DNA from: an uncultured Flavobacteriales bacterium
GTDB taxonomy: Bacteria > Bacteroidota > Bacteroidia > Flavobacteriales > UBA1820
Direction of reading: 5' to 3'
DNA length: 64,000 bases
Assembly (NCBI GenBank): GCA_959608625.1
Contig: CAUHQV010000004.1
Location: forward strand, 6,503-70,502
The translations under genes were made by a program, and so were the position numbers. Under the pieces are notes generated by a model. The model saw only the letters and a list, made by a program, of their open reading frames with translations, was not told where the DNA came from and did not search any database. Below, piece after piece: positions 44,027 to 54,295 of this stretch. Numbering within the stretch: position 1 is the first letter of the stretch; each line of letters starts with the position of its first letter.

Positions 44027-45094
44027 TCAGTCTTTGTATCGTTTGATCGTATCGTCGATGATGGAATTGAATGTTTGTTCGTCCCTTGGGTCGATCACCG
44101 CCCGCACGGCCAGCGAATAGACGGGGTATTCCGCCAGGGGCGTGCCGATGATGCGGGCCATATCCTTTTCCGTGGTGAGGATAATGTTTTTCCCGTGCGG
44201 CAAATTTAAGAATTCATTTTTGATTTTGTCGATATCCCGGCGTTTGAATATATGGTGATCCGGGTATTGCAGGTGTCGGCAGGTCACTTCCAGCGAACCT
44301 AGGTGGGAGAGTAGCGGTACGGGATTGGCCACGGCAGTTACCAGCAGGATGTTATAGTCTTTTAGGTGGTCTGCCGGTATTTTACCCAAAAGGGGATTCT
44401 TTACGTGGTCAGCATAGTCGTAATGGGAGAATATCACCGGCGCGTCGGTGTACCGGACTATTTCCCGGCGGAATTTTTCGCGCATAGCCACTGCTTTTTC
44501 ACTGTCGCCGCCGAATTTGCGGGGGACTTTAGTCACGATCACGCAGTCGGCCCGGTCGGCCCCGTGGCGGCTTTCGCGCAGGTTTCCGGCAGGGAGTAAG
44601 TGATCCGAGGTGAAGGGACTGTCGAAAGCCGTAAGCAGGAAATAACACGAAGCCTTTACCCGCAGGTGCTGGTAGGCATCGTCCAGAACGATGATTTGTG
44701 GCCGGTAGTTCTGCATCAGACGCTTGATGCCCCGGGCTCGGTTCTCGCAGACGGCCACCGTCGCTTCGGGAATGGCCCTTTTCATCATTAGCGGCTCGTC
44801 GCCCGTATCGTGGGCCGAAGAGTGCCCGGAGACCAGCACGAAACCTTTTGTGCGGCGGCCGTAGCCCCGGCTGAGGATGGCCGTTTTATAGCCGTCGGAA
44901 AGCATTCGGCGAGCCAGGAGTTCCGCATGGGGGCTTTTTCCCGTGCCGCCTGTAGAGAGGTTTCCCACCACGAAGACAGGCAATCTAAAATGCCTGCGGC
45001 GGAATTTTCCCGAAGTATACATCCAGGTGCGAAGCTTGCTGAAAGTATACCACAACACGGACAGAGGTAAAAGGATCAGGCGCAGAAGTTTCAT
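44027..45094 (-). CDS. lpxK: tetraacyldisaccharide 4'-kinase
   Basis: P-loop VGNLSTGGTGKSP, ILSRGYGR and DDAYQH motifs. Confidence 0.9.
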   Translation of the reverse strand: MKLLRLILLPLSVLWYTFSKLRTWMYTSGKFRRRHFRLPVFVVGNLSTGGTGKSPHAELLARRMLSDGYKTAILSRGYGRRTKGFVLVSGHSSAHDTGDEPLMMKRAIPEATVAVCENRARGIKRLMQNYRPQIIVLDDAYQHLRVKASCYFLLTAFDSPFTSDHLLPAGNLRESRHGADRADCVIVTKVPRKFGGDSEKAVAMREKFRREIVRYTDAPVIFSHYDYADHVKNPLLGKIPADHLKDYNILLVTAVANPVPLLSHLGSLEVTCRHLQYPDHHIFKRRDIDKIKNEFLNLPHGKNIILTTEKDMARIIGTPLAEYPVYSLAVRAVIDPRDEQTFNSIIDDTIKRYKD

Positions 45095-45100
45095 GTCGGC

Positions 45101-46932
45101 TTAGAAATCTATGTTCAGGTCCAGTTCGTTCCTCATTTTTTCGAGCAGGGGATTCTTGAGCCGGAGGTATTCGTATTTTTCGCGGGGCGTGTAGGGCAGA
45201 TGTTCCCGCACGCTTTCGTTGACCGTCACCCGGTGGGTGATAGCCGTATTGCGCAGGGTCTTTTTCAGGAAAGCTAGGATGTCGAGCATATTCTGCTCCA
45301 GCTCGTGCGCCGCCGGGGAGGAGGATACCGTGATCTCCACCACATTGTTCTGGCCGATATGCACATCCGCGGCATTCATGGCCGTATGCAGGCCGATACG
45401 TTTTTCTTTTCCGGCCTTTTCGCAGAAATGCTCCCATGCCTTGATCAGTTCTTCTTGGGAGAAAGCCTCGCTCAGGATGGCTTCTTTCGGGCCGTCTTGC
45501 CCTTTGGGTTTATTCCCGGCGGCCAGCATATTGGCGATGGACAGGGCCGAGCGCGCTTTCAGGGAAGGCACATCGCCGGAGGCAATTGGGGATATAGAAA
45601 CAGGGGGCTTCTTTTCGCTTTCAACAACGGCTTTTGAAGGTATATTTTGATCCTCCGCAGCTTGTGGCTGTTTTTCTTGGATCTGCCTTTCTGGCTGGAC
45701 GGATACCTGTTTTCGGGTGGCAGGAGGAGTTTCCCGTTTTTCGGGGACGACGTGTCCGGCGGAGAGCGTCGCGATAAAAGCGGCCAATTCCTCCCGGGAG
45801 GGGAGGTCTTGCCCGAAATGCCGGTATACGTCGGCGGGGATTATAAAGTCAGGGCTTTTTTTTTTGAAGGGTCCAGGCCCAGGGATGCCAGTTGCATCAG
45901 TGCGATTTCGGTAAGGAGCCTCGGGTTTTTGGACAGGCGGTATTCCGACTGCGTGCGGGCCAACAGGGCGAGCGCTTCCACGGCCGTTTCGGCATCCAGG
46001 CGGGCGCATTGCTCCCGGTAGCGGTTTTTTACATCCTCCGGTACGTTCAGCAGGGAAACGGTGGCCGGATTTTTGGAGACCATCAGATCGCGGATATGCG
46101 AAGCGAGCCCGGAAAGCATATACTGGAGGTCGAAACCGTTTTGCAAAATAGTATCCACCTGAAGCATCGCGGAGGGGATGTCGGCATCCAACAGGGCGTC
46201 CGTCAGATGGAAATAAGCCTGGTAATCCAGTACGTTGAGGGTTTCGGCTACTTTTTCCGCCGTGAGGGTATCCCCGCAGAAGCATACCACCCGGTCGAAT
46301 ATGGACAGGGCATCGCGCAGGGCGCCTTCCGCCTTGACGGCGATGATATGCAGGGCCTCTTCGTCGGCCTTGATCCCCTGGTCGGCAGCGATACGGGCCA
46401 GGTGGCCGCGGATATCGGCTACCGAAATGAGCTTGAAATCGAATATCTGGCAGCGGGAAAGGATCGTGGGGATGATCTTGTGCTTTTCGGTGGTCGCCAG
46501 GATAAATATGGCGTGGGCGGGGGGTTCTTCCAGTGTCTTGAGGAATGCGTTGAAGGCCGCCTGTGAGAGCATATGTACCTCATCGATGATGTACACTTTG
46601 TACTTGCCCGTTTGGGGGGCGAAGCGCACCTGGTCTATCAGGGTGCGGATATCCTCTACGGAGTTGTTGGATGCGGCGTCTAGTTCGTGGATGTTGAACG
46701 CGAAGTCTTCGTCCGGCGAAGCGTCCGGCATCGTGCGGAGGTTGATTTCCCGGGCTAGGATACGGGCACAGGTAGTCTTTCCGACCCCGCGCGGGCCGCA
46801 GAACAGCATGGCCTGCGCCAGCTGGTTGTGCTCGATGGCGTTCTCCAGCGTCGAGGCGATATGTCCCTGCCCGACTACCTCGTCAAAGGAGTGGGGGCGG
46901 TATTTGCGGGCCGATACGACGAAATGTTCCAT
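45101..46932 (-). CDS. dnaX: DNA polymerase III subunit gamma/tau, reading frame broken at an A10 run (plus-strand T10 at 45856-45865)
   Basis: The 0-frame ORF 46932->45841 (363 aa) carries RKYRPHSFDEVVGQ, GPRGVGKTT, DEVHML and SRCQ. The -1 frame from the A-run to 45101 encodes a Bacteroidota-type DnaX C-terminus (...PYTPREKYEYLRLKNPLLEKM...). One extra A would fuse them into a product of about 610 aa. Confidence 0.85.
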
Positions 46933-47119
46933 AGAGTTTTTCTTCCCTTTCGGGCGAAAGCAAAATTAATCATTTTTTCCCGGACAGCCAAAGGAGGGAA
47001 AAGATAAAAAATATCCGCGTCTCCGGAATTACCCGAAGAACAAAACCTTCGGTTTATTTTGATTATATCCGCGCCGCATATTATCTTTATCCCCGGATCA
47101 ATAAATACCCGATAACGAA

Positions 47120-47377
47120 ATGATACGGAACGGACAATGGAAAAATACGGTTGCTGCGCGGCCTTTATCGGCCGTAGGGCTTGCCATGGTGGGCCTTGGC
47201 GCGGCATTGATGATCGCCCCGCTGGTTTATATGCTGGCTAACCTTCAGCAGGCGGATCGGATCGTGAGCGTTTGCATTCCCCTTATAGTGGCGGGCGTCG
47301 TCCTGTCGCTGCTCAGTTTGCTGTTCCGGAAGGACTTGCCGACCGACCGCAGGCAGAGTACCGGACGGTTCGTTTAA
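47120..47377 (+). CDS. small membrane protein (hypothetical)
   Basis: 85-aa ORF with two hydrophobic helices. No family recognised. Confidence 0.4.
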   Translation: MIRNGQWKNTVAARPLSAVGLAMVGLGAALMIAPLVYMLANLQQADRIVSVCIPLIVAGVVLSLLSLLFRKDLPTDRRQSTGRFV

Positions 47378-47398
47378 ACGATAATAAAAACTACTGTT

Positions 47399-48370
47399 TT
47401 GAAAAAATCCTTTCTCTTCCTGCTGCTGTCGGTGCTATGCCTTCCGTGCGTGGGGCAGCGGATAGCCGATGAATCCATTGTTACGCGTATCGACGACAAA
47501 TATCCCGATGTACGGATCGCCATAGACGCGCCCGCCCGGATGGATAAGCGAAAACCGACACAGGTGCTGTTTTACGCTCTTCCCAATGGCAATACCATCG
47601 AATGGACGGCCGGAAAAAAAATGTACGCCGGGGACGACTGGCACTACGATATCCAGCATATCGCCGCCCAGACCCGTTTTCTGCGGGAGAAGGAGAGAAA
47701 ATACAATTTTGTGGTAGTATACCTGATGGCCGCCGGCAGAAGCTGGGGCGCCTGGCGCAGCCTGCACAAGGAGGATAAAACGCAGATACTTCCCGCTGTC
47801 GTGGACGACATAATGGCCAGGTACGCCGATTACCGCCCCTCGGCCGTGCTGTCCGGCCATTCGGGAGGGGGATATTTCGTGTTCGAATATATCCGGGCCC
47901 TCGATACGATACCGGACAAAGTGAAACGGATCGTGTTTTTGGACAGTACGTACGGGTATGAAGATTCCCTGCATGTAAAGAAACTGGCGGACTGGCTCGG
48001 CCGGTCGAAAAAACATTATCTGTGCGTGACCTCCTACGAGGACGCGACGGTGATCATCGACGGGAAGCATATCGTCAGCGCTTCGGGGGGAACGTGGGGG
48101 CGCAGCTTTGCCATGGAGGAAGGTTTAAGTAAACATTTTCCGCTCAAACGTACCGAAACAGGCGATTTTATTTACTTCAACGACCCGAAAAAGCAGGTGT
48201 TTTTTAAACTGAAGAAAAATCCTGACGGAAAAATCTACCACACGGTGCTGGTGGAACGCAACGGTTTCATCGATACGGTGTTCGAAGGTACTTCACAGGG
48301 TGGAAAAGGGTATGAATTCTGGGGAGAGAGGGCGTACGGCGAATACATTTCGGAAAAAGTCATTCAATAG
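47399..48370 (+). CDS. secreted hypothetical protein, possible alpha/beta-hydrolase
   Basis: TTG start and signal peptide MKKSFLFLLLSVLCLPCVG. A GHSGGG nucleophile-elbow-like motif (LSGHSGGGYF) is present. Confidence 0.55.
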   Translation: MKKSFLFLLLSVLCLPCVGQRIADESIVTRIDDKYPDVRIAIDAPARMDKRKPTQVLFYALPNGNTIEWTAGKKMYAGDDWHYDIQHIAAQTRFLREKERKYNFVVVYLMAAGRSWGAWRSLHKEDKTQILPAVVDDIMARYADYRPSAVLSGHSGGGYFVFEYIRALDTIPDKVKRIVFLDSTYGYEDSLHVKKLADWLGRSKKHYLCVTSYEDATVIIDGKHIVSASGGTWGRSFAMEEGLSKHFPLKRTETGDFIYFNDPKKQVFFKLKKNPDGKIYHTVLVERNGFIDTVFEGTSQGGKGYEFWGERAYGEYISEKVIQ

Positions 48371-48373
48371 GTT

Positions 48374-49594
48374 TTATCCGATAGGATCCAGTGGCAGGGT
48401 AAACCAAAAAGTCGATCCTTTGCCCGGGCGCGATTCCACTCCGATGGTTCCGCCCAGTTTTTCGACGATCAGTTGCGAGATGGCCAGCCCGAGTCCGCTT
48501 CCGGGCAGGTAGTGATCCAGTTTGGTGAACCGTCCGAATATCTTTTCCTGTTCTTCTTCGGCAATGCCGATCCCCGTATCCGATACGTAAAAGCGGATAT
48601 AACCGTCGTCCTGACGGGTGGCGCCGAACCGGATCTCCCCGCCGGCCGTGAATTTCAGGGCGTTGTCGATAAAGTTGGAAAGCACCTGGAATACCCGTTC
48701 CCGTTCCGAATGGAGCAGGGGCAATTCAGGTACCGGTTCCTGTATGAGGGTTATTCCTGTTTTTTCTTTCAGGGCGCCCGCAAAAGTGCCGTACAGGTCT
48801 TTTAGGAGTTCATCTATCCGGAAATCCGAATAATTGAAATCCAGCGTTCCGGACTCCATTTTGGCCAGGTCGAGTATGTCGTCGAAAAGGTGCAGCAATT
48901 GCCGGCTGTTCCGGCTGACGATGTCGGCATAGGCATTTTTCTCTTCTTTATCCTCGGCAGAAGCCAGCAGGTCGGAGAATCCGGAGATCGCGTGGAGCGG
49001 CGTGCGTATCTCGTGGCTCATATTGGCGATGAAAGCCGATTTGAGCCGGTCGGAAGCCACTGCCTTTTCTTTCTCGGCATTCAACTGTTTTTGGGTGTCT
49101 TTCAGTCTCGTGATATCGATAACCGTTAGTACCATCCGTTTCTCTCCCGAAGTTTCCAGATAAGTACCCGATACCGAAACGTCGCAGGGAGCCATTTGCC
49201 GGCGGTCGTGCCGGAATACTTCCATGGACGCCTCCTGGTCTTTAAAACTTTCCCCTTTCGCCAACCCCTGGCCGATGGCCGCCCGGATGCCGCATATTTT
49301 GCAGAGTTCGTGGGTGCCGCATCCGGGCGATTCGAGCGCATTGCGGCAATGCAAAAGGTCGCCTACCCGTTTGGGCTCGTCACTGGCCGGAATGTGGTTC
49401 AGGGAATAGTAATTGGTGCGCAGGACTTTCAGATCGGAGTCTATCAGGATGAAATAGGCATTCACATTCCCCAGGATCAATTCCGATTCGGCCAAATGGT
49501 GCTTTTTCCGGATTTTCTGGCGGTAGCACGCATACGCGTAGGCGATGCCGGGCAGGGCACAGGCGATTCCGAGGGCAATGTAAGGGAGTATCAT
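48374..49594 (-). CDS. sensor histidine kinase (TM anchor, Cys-rich PAS-like sensor, HisKA, HATPase_c); no adjacent response regulator
   Basis: H-box SHEIRTPLHAI, N-box NALKFT, G-boxes DTGIGI and GSGLGLAI. The sensor region contains CRNALESPGCGTHELCKIC. Confidence 0.9.
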   Translation of the reverse strand: MILPYIALGIACALPGIAYAYACYRQKIRKKHHLAESELILGNVNAYFILIDSDLKVLRTNYYSLNHIPASDEPKRVGDLLHCRNALESPGCGTHELCKICGIRAAIGQGLAKGESFKDQEASMEVFRHDRRQMAPCDVSVSGTYLETSGEKRMVLTVIDITRLKDTQKQLNAEKEKAVASDRLKSAFIANMSHEIRTPLHAISGFSDLLASAEDKEEKNAYADIVSRNSRQLLHLFDDILDLAKMESGTLDFNYSDFRIDELLKDLYGTFAGALKEKTGITLIQEPVPELPLLHSERERVFQVLSNFIDNALKFTAGGEIRFGATRQDDGYIRFYVSDTGIGIAEEEQEKIFGRFTKLDHYLPGSGLGLAISQLIVEKLGGTIGVESRPGKGSTFWFTLPLDPIG

Positions 49595-49670
49595 CAGCGG
49601 CAGAGGGTTTGGTTTGTCGTTTTCCGGCCTTTCAAGTGGCAGCCGGAGTAGTAGCCGCTGGGTGAATAGC

Positions 49671-50021
49671 TCATTCTTCGGAAGACCGTTTGATGATATA
49701 GATATCTTCGTTGTCCTTTTTCAGGCCATAATGTTCGCGGACGAATTTTTCCATTTGCTTGGGGTCGCTGCGAAGTTCGTTCAGGAAAGTTTTCTGCCGT
49801 TCTATTTCCCGCTTGTAGTAACTGATGGAATCCTGCAGGGCCGAGATATTGCGCTCGCGCTCTACATGCAGCAGGAACGAGTTGCGGTCGAAGAAAGTCA
49901 TCCATATCAGGAATGCCACGATAACCACCAGCAGTTTGTGGTTCAGCATATAATCCAACGTCCGTTTTAGTCCCGGGCGGCTGTTTATATGGGCTTTTAT
50001 TTTTTCTACGGGCGATTTCAT
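49671..50021 (-). CDS. ftsB: septum formation initiator (FtsB/DivIC family)
   Basis: Single N-terminal TM helix, a coiled coil (LQDSISYYKREIERQKTFLNEL) and a C-terminal REHYGLKKDNEDIYII. Confidence 0.75.
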   Translation of the reverse strand: MKSPVEKIKAHINSRPGLKRTLDYMLNHKLLVVIVAFLIWMTFFDRNSFLLHVERERNISALQDSISYYKREIERQKTFLNELRSDPKQMEKFVREHYGLKKDNEDIYIIKRSSEE

Positions 50022-50022
50022 A

Positions 50023-50652
50023 TCAGAACCGGGCGCATTTTTCTTTTCCGAGTTTTTTTTCGATCACCGTCAGGATGACGTTAATAGCGACTTCGAGTCC
50101 ATCGTAATTGGGAATGATGAGGTCGGCATGTTTGCGCGAAGGCTCGATGAAACGCTTGTGCATCGGTTTGACGATATTCACATACCGGTCGAGTACCTGG
50201 GTGGCGGTACGGCCCCGCTCTACAATATCCCGGCGGATCACGCGAGCCAGGCGGTCGTCGTCGTCCGTCTCGACGAATATCTTGATATCCATCAGGCTTC
50301 GCAAAGTTTTGTTTTGGAGTACGAGAATGCCTTCGACGATTACTACGTCTTTGGGTTCGGTATGGACAGTCTCTTTTCCCCGCTCGTATGTGGTATAGGA
50401 ATAGGTGGGCTGTTCGATAGACTTCCCTTTTTTCAGTTGTGCCACGTGTTGGGCCAGCAGGTCGAATTCGATGGAATCGGGATGGTCCACGTTGATCTTC
50501 TGGCGCTCCGCCACCGGCACGTCGGAACTGTCGCGGTAATAGGAATCCTGCGAAAGCACGGCCACGTCCTGCGGGCTGACGGCTTCCAGTATTTTATTTA
50601 CCACGGTGGTCTTGCCGGAACCGGCCCCACCTGCTATACCTATTACCAACAT
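50023..50652 (-). CDS. udk: uridine kinase
   Basis: Start at MLVIGIAGGAGSGKTT (P-loop); DSYY and VEGIL motifs. The longer ORF to 50886 overlaps the upstream gene. Confidence 0.9.
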   Translation of the reverse strand: MLVIGIAGGAGSGKTTVVNKILEAVSPQDVAVLSQDSYYRDSSDVPVAERQKINVDHPDSIEFDLLAQHVAQLKKGKSIEQPTYSYTTYERGKETVHTEPKDVVIVEGILVLQNKTLRSLMDIKIFVETDDDDRLARVIRRDIVERGRTATQVLDRYVNIVKPMHKRFIEPSRKHADLIIPNYDGLEVAINVILTVIEKKLGKEKCARF

Positions 50653-50737
50653 GAAAGAAAGGTTGTCGTATGAAGATGTATATTTTATGCAAAAATAACG
50701 GATTTCCCCCAAGTAATCCATTACCGGGAAAGATTTT

Positions 50738-51511
50738 TTACAAAGGCCTGTAACGGGAGAGGAATGCCGGGCGGCCGTCGGATTCCCGCCGGACAACGAA
50801 TGTGATCCCGTCGGCGGTTTCTCCCTGTTCGATGAATACCTGGTCGCCCTGGTGGAGTTCCGCCAGGAAATTGACCTCGACCTCACCGCTGGTGATTCCC
50901 AACGCCATTTCGTAAGGGATGCTGTCCAGTATCCACTGCGTATATTTGATGTTGTTCACATGGCCCATCGCGTCGATATCGCTGAAGGCGACCCGGTATT
51001 CGCGCAATAACTCGGTAGTCTCGGGGGTGCGTACGCGGGAGGCTTTGGCTATGCCGATATTTTTGCCGCCCAGTATCAGGTAATCCGGGTAGTCCACGGC
51101 GATGTGTTCGGGCGTGCGTTTTTCGTAGTTGATGCAGGCCCATACGGTGCTTACCTGGGCGAAGATCCGGCCGTCGTGCTCTACGGTCATATTTCGTTCG
51201 GATATCACTCCGCTGGAGGCGTGTATCCAGGTCGTTACCTGTACTTCCTGGTTACAGCCGGGCATCGAAGTGAAGTGCACTTTCATCCGGTTGAGCACCC
51301 AAGCCTGTCCGGCAGCCATCATATCGTAAAAACCGAAGCGGCACAGGTTGGCATGGTTGCCGGCGGTGATCTGTATCATGTTGAAAAGACCTGTCAGCGA
51401 AAGGCGGCCGGTAGCGCAGGCGGCGTCCCATTCGACGTGGAACTTTTCAGTGTATGTACGGGGGTAGGCGGTGTTTTCTTTTTCCAATTTTTCAGTCCGG
51501 GTGTTTTTCAC
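50738..51511 (-). CDS. acyl-[acyl-carrier-protein] thioesterase
   Basis: Double hot-dog FatA/B-like sequence (YTEKFHVEWDAACATGRLSL..., ...AFSDIDAMGHVNNIKY...). The start is uncertain: GVG at 51511 or TTG at 51487, both downstream of the -7 box at 51523-51530. Confidence 0.8.
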   Translation of the reverse strand: MKNTRTEKLEKENTAYPRTYTEKFHVEWDAACATGRLSLTGLFNMIQITAGNHANLCRFGFYDMMAAGQAWVLNRMKVHFTSMPGCNQEVQVTTWIHASSGVISERNMTVEHDGRIFAQVSTVWACINYEKRTPEHIAVDYPDYLILGGKNIGIAKASRVRTPETTELLREYRVAFSDIDAMGHVNNIKYTQWILDSIPYEMALGITSGEVEVNFLAELHQGDQVFIEQGETADGITFVVRRESDGRPAFLSRYRPL

Positions 51512-51522
51512 AAATGTTTCGT

Positions 51523-51530
51523 CAAATTTA
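51523..51530 (-). promoter_or_regulatory. Bacteroidota -7 promoter element (TAAATTTG) for the thioesterase gene
   Basis: Exact TAnnTTTG match on the minus strand. Confidence 0.45.
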
Positions 51531-51664
51531 GGAATATTTTTTGTCCCTGCCCAAACCTGCGGAATGTCCCGAGGGCTTTTTTTCAGTATCTTTGCCTTCC
51601 AGCGGCGAAAATAGGCTGCACCTCGGCAAAAGCGAGCCTGCTTGCTTCTGCACTCGGTTTGCAC

Positions 51665-51672
51665 TATCTTTG
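51665..51672 (+). promoter_or_regulatory. Bacteroidota -7 promoter element (TATCTTTG) for the OstA-like gene
   Basis: TAnnTTTG match 25 nt upstream of the GTG at 51697. Confidence 0.45.
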
Positions 51673-51696
51673 CCGCATAAAAATACGGAAACCCGC

Positions 51697-54207
51697 GTGA
51701 AGGACATCCAGAAATACGCTTTACTTACCCTGATCGTACTTTCGGCAGCTATCCTGTCCCTGTACGGCGCACCCCAGCAGCCCCCGCAGGGGGCGCCTTC
51801 GGTAGCTGGTACGGGCCAGACGGAGGAGGAGGATTCTTTGGCCGGCAGCGGATGGGTCGTACCGGGCGCCGGGACGGCGGCGCCCAAACAGCAGGTGCCG
51901 GAGAGCCCTGCAACGGGAAAACGACCGGTTTCGGTATCCGGGGACAGTACACGCCCGCGAAGCAGTTCTTCCGGCGTGGGAAAGCCGACGCGGATACGGA
52001 TAGACAATGCCGACCTGATCAGTAACAACGAAGATATCGCCCCGGGGGTTCAGAAACTTACCGGCAATGTGCGGTTTTATCACGGCAATACTTTGATGAC
52101 CTGCGACGAAGCGGAATTCAACCGGGCGATGAACACTTTTTTTGCCCGGGGGAATGTATTTGTCAATGAAGGGGATACCCTTACCCTGAACAGCAATTAT
52201 ATGCTCTATACGGGAGACAATCAGCTGATAAAATCCTACGGCGATGTCGTGCTGGTACATAAGAGTACCACTTTACGGACGGATACCCTCGATTACGACC
52301 GTATTAACGAACAGGCTTATTATTTCTGCGGGGGGACTATCACGGACGAAAAGAATACCCTCAACAGCCAGATAGGCGTGTACCGGGTGCCCGACGATAT
52401 GGTGGATTTTTATGTCGATGTGGTAGCCTGGGATCCGGACTACCGGATGTATTCCGATACGCTTCATTACAATACGGTCTCCAAGGTCATCACCGCCGAG
52501 GGCCCGACCAATATTTACAGCGAGAAAAATAAGATCTATACCGAGGAGGGCGAATACAACACACAGAACGGCATCTCCGATTTTTACAAGAACACCCGGG
52601 TATCTTATGGCCGCCGGATGCTCAGGGGCGATACGCTGCATTACGAGCGAAATGAGGGATATGCCCGGGCCATTTCCAATGTGGAATTGCAGGATACGAC
52701 CCAAAAAGCCGCCATTTACGGGGATTTTGCCGAATACTTCGAAAGACAGGACTCCATTATATTCCCACGCAAACCCAAAGTAGTCCAGATATTGGATAAA
52801 GACACGCTGTATACGCGGGGGGATACTTTGATGGTCACCCGCCGGAGCACATTGATGAGCTATCTGGCGGCAAAAGCAGCCCGGGCCGACAGTTTGGAGG
52901 AAGGTGACGGAGGCGTGGACAAGAGATTAACGTCCATGTTGGATAAAATGGCCCAGCAGGAAGCGCTGGCGGGAAAAAAAGCGGCATCGGATTCTTTGTC
53001 CGCGTCCGTATCGGAAAACCCGGATACGTTGAATGGCGGAGAGGCATCCCGGGATTCTCTATACGCAAAAATGACCCCCAAGCAACGGGAAAAGGCCGAA
53101 AAGAAACGGCTGCGCGAAGAAAGGCAGCGGCAGCGGGAAGAACTGCGTGCGGTCAAACTGGAATCGGATGCCCTGGAAAAGGCGAAAAGGGACAGTTTGC
53201 GACCGAAGAATATTTTGGGGATGACGGTCGTCTGGCCTTTGGATTTATTGCGCCCGGTACGCGCGGTGCCCCGCGACACGCTGAAACCGGATGAAGGCTT
53301 GTTGGCTGGCGTTTTGGAGGCAGATTCGCTTTCGGCGGCGGTGGATACCCTTTCCTGGAAGAAGGAATCGGACGACAGCCTGCGCGTGATGCGTGCTTTC
53401 CATCATGTCCGTTTTTATAAGAGCGATATGTCCGGAGCGGCCGATTCGGTCTTTTACGACCAGAAAACGGGGATCATGAGCATGTATAAAGATCCGATCA
53501 TTTTCTCCGCCGGCAACCAAGTCACAGCCGATTCGATGTATGTGAAACGCGATCTCGAAAAAGACGTCATGGACTCGGTGATCCTGGTAAAGAATGCATT
53601 TATCCTTTCGCGGGATTACCACGAGCCCGATGCCTACAACCAGGTGAAAGGCAATGCGATGCGGGGAAAGATCATCGATAACGATCTGCGCATCGTCCAT
53701 GTGAAAGGCAATGCGGAGACCGTCTATTATTCATACGATAACGACGGCTCGCGCATCGGCGTCAATAAAAGCAATGCGTCTTACATGGATGTATTCATGA
53801 GAGACTCCAAGGTATTGGTAATACGGTTCAATAAATCACCCGATGGAAAGATGCTGTCGGCCGACAGCTTGCCCGAAGAATCTACTCGGCTCAAAGGGTT
53901 CGCTATCCGGGAAGGCGAACGCCCGTTAACCCCGGACGACATATGGGAAGGCCCGGTAAACATAGACCTTAGTTTTGCCACACCCTCCGAAGAACCGGCT
54001 ACCGCCGGCCGGGGACTGGAAAACGGAATAGACCCGGCCCTTAAGCCGGAAGAAGAGGCTGCTATGGACGGGAGCGCCCCCGAAAGGAAAATAGATACCG
54101 ATGAACCGGAAGAAGAATCCGGAATACGGGAGGAGCCGCCCCTAAAGGAAACGGGAAAAACAATAACAACATCGCCGGAAACGGATTCTAAGGCTCCGGC
54201 ACAATAA
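51697..54207 (+). CDS. OstA-like (LptA/LptD N-terminal fold) domain protein with charged low-complexity insert and acidic tail
   Basis: GTG start gives the signal anchor VKDIQKYALLTLIVLSAAILSLYG. GDTL/TDTL...Y strands recur (GDTLTLNSNYMLY, RTDTLDYD, SDTLHYN, RGDTLHYE). A K/E/R-rich segment spans about residues 430-520 of the ORF. Confidence 0.65.
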   Translation: MKDIQKYALLTLIVLSAAILSLYGAPQQPPQGAPSVAGTGQTEEEDSLAGSGWVVPGAGTAAPKQQVPESPATGKRPVSVSGDSTRPRSSSSGVGKPTRIRIDNADLISNNEDIAPGVQKLTGNVRFYHGNTLMTCDEAEFNRAMNTFFARGNVFVNEGDTLTLNSNYMLYTGDNQLIKSYGDVVLVHKSTTLRTDTLDYDRINEQAYYFCGGTITDEKNTLNSQIGVYRVPDDMVDFYVDVVAWDPDYRMYSDTLHYNTVSKVITAEGPTNIYSEKNKIYTEEGEYNTQNGISDFYKNTRVSYGRRMLRGDTLHYERNEGYARAISNVELQDTTQKAAIYGDFAEYFERQDSIIFPRKPKVVQILDKDTLYTRGDTLMVTRRSTLMSYLAAKAARADSLEEGDGGVDKRLTSMLDKMAQQEALAGKKAASDSLSASVSENPDTLNGGEASRDSLYAKMTPKQREKAEKKRLREERQRQREELRAVKLESDALEKAKRDSLRPKNILGMTVVWPLDLLRPVRAVPRDTLKPDEGLLAGVLEADSLSAAVDTLSWKKESDDSLRVMRAFHHVRFYKSDMSGAADSVFYDQKTGIMSMYKDPIIFSAGNQVTADSMYVKRDLEKDVMDSVILVKNAFILSRDYHEPDAYNQVKGNAMRGKIIDNDLRIVHVKGNAETVYYSYDNDGSRIGVNKSNASYMDVFMRDSKVLVIRFNKSPDGKMLSADSLPEESTRLKGFAIREGERPLTPDDIWEGPVNIDLSFATPSEEPATAGRGLENGIDPALKPEEEAAMDGSAPERKIDTDEPEEESGIREEPPLKETGKTITTSPETDSKAPAQ

Positions 54208-54295
54208 TGCGCTGAAAGCTTTCTCACAAAAAGCCGCCGGGCCTTTAAAAAATCCCCGCCGGTAACCGGTATTTTTGTCTTCATAAATTTACGAT

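Noticed and set aside
45868-46285. The upstream part of ORF 45101-46285, considered as an independent overlapping gene.
   Set aside because: That frame overlaps the well-supported dnaX N-terminal frame and gives an R/P/G-rich translation. Only the part downstream of the A10 run looks like genuine DnaX C-terminus.
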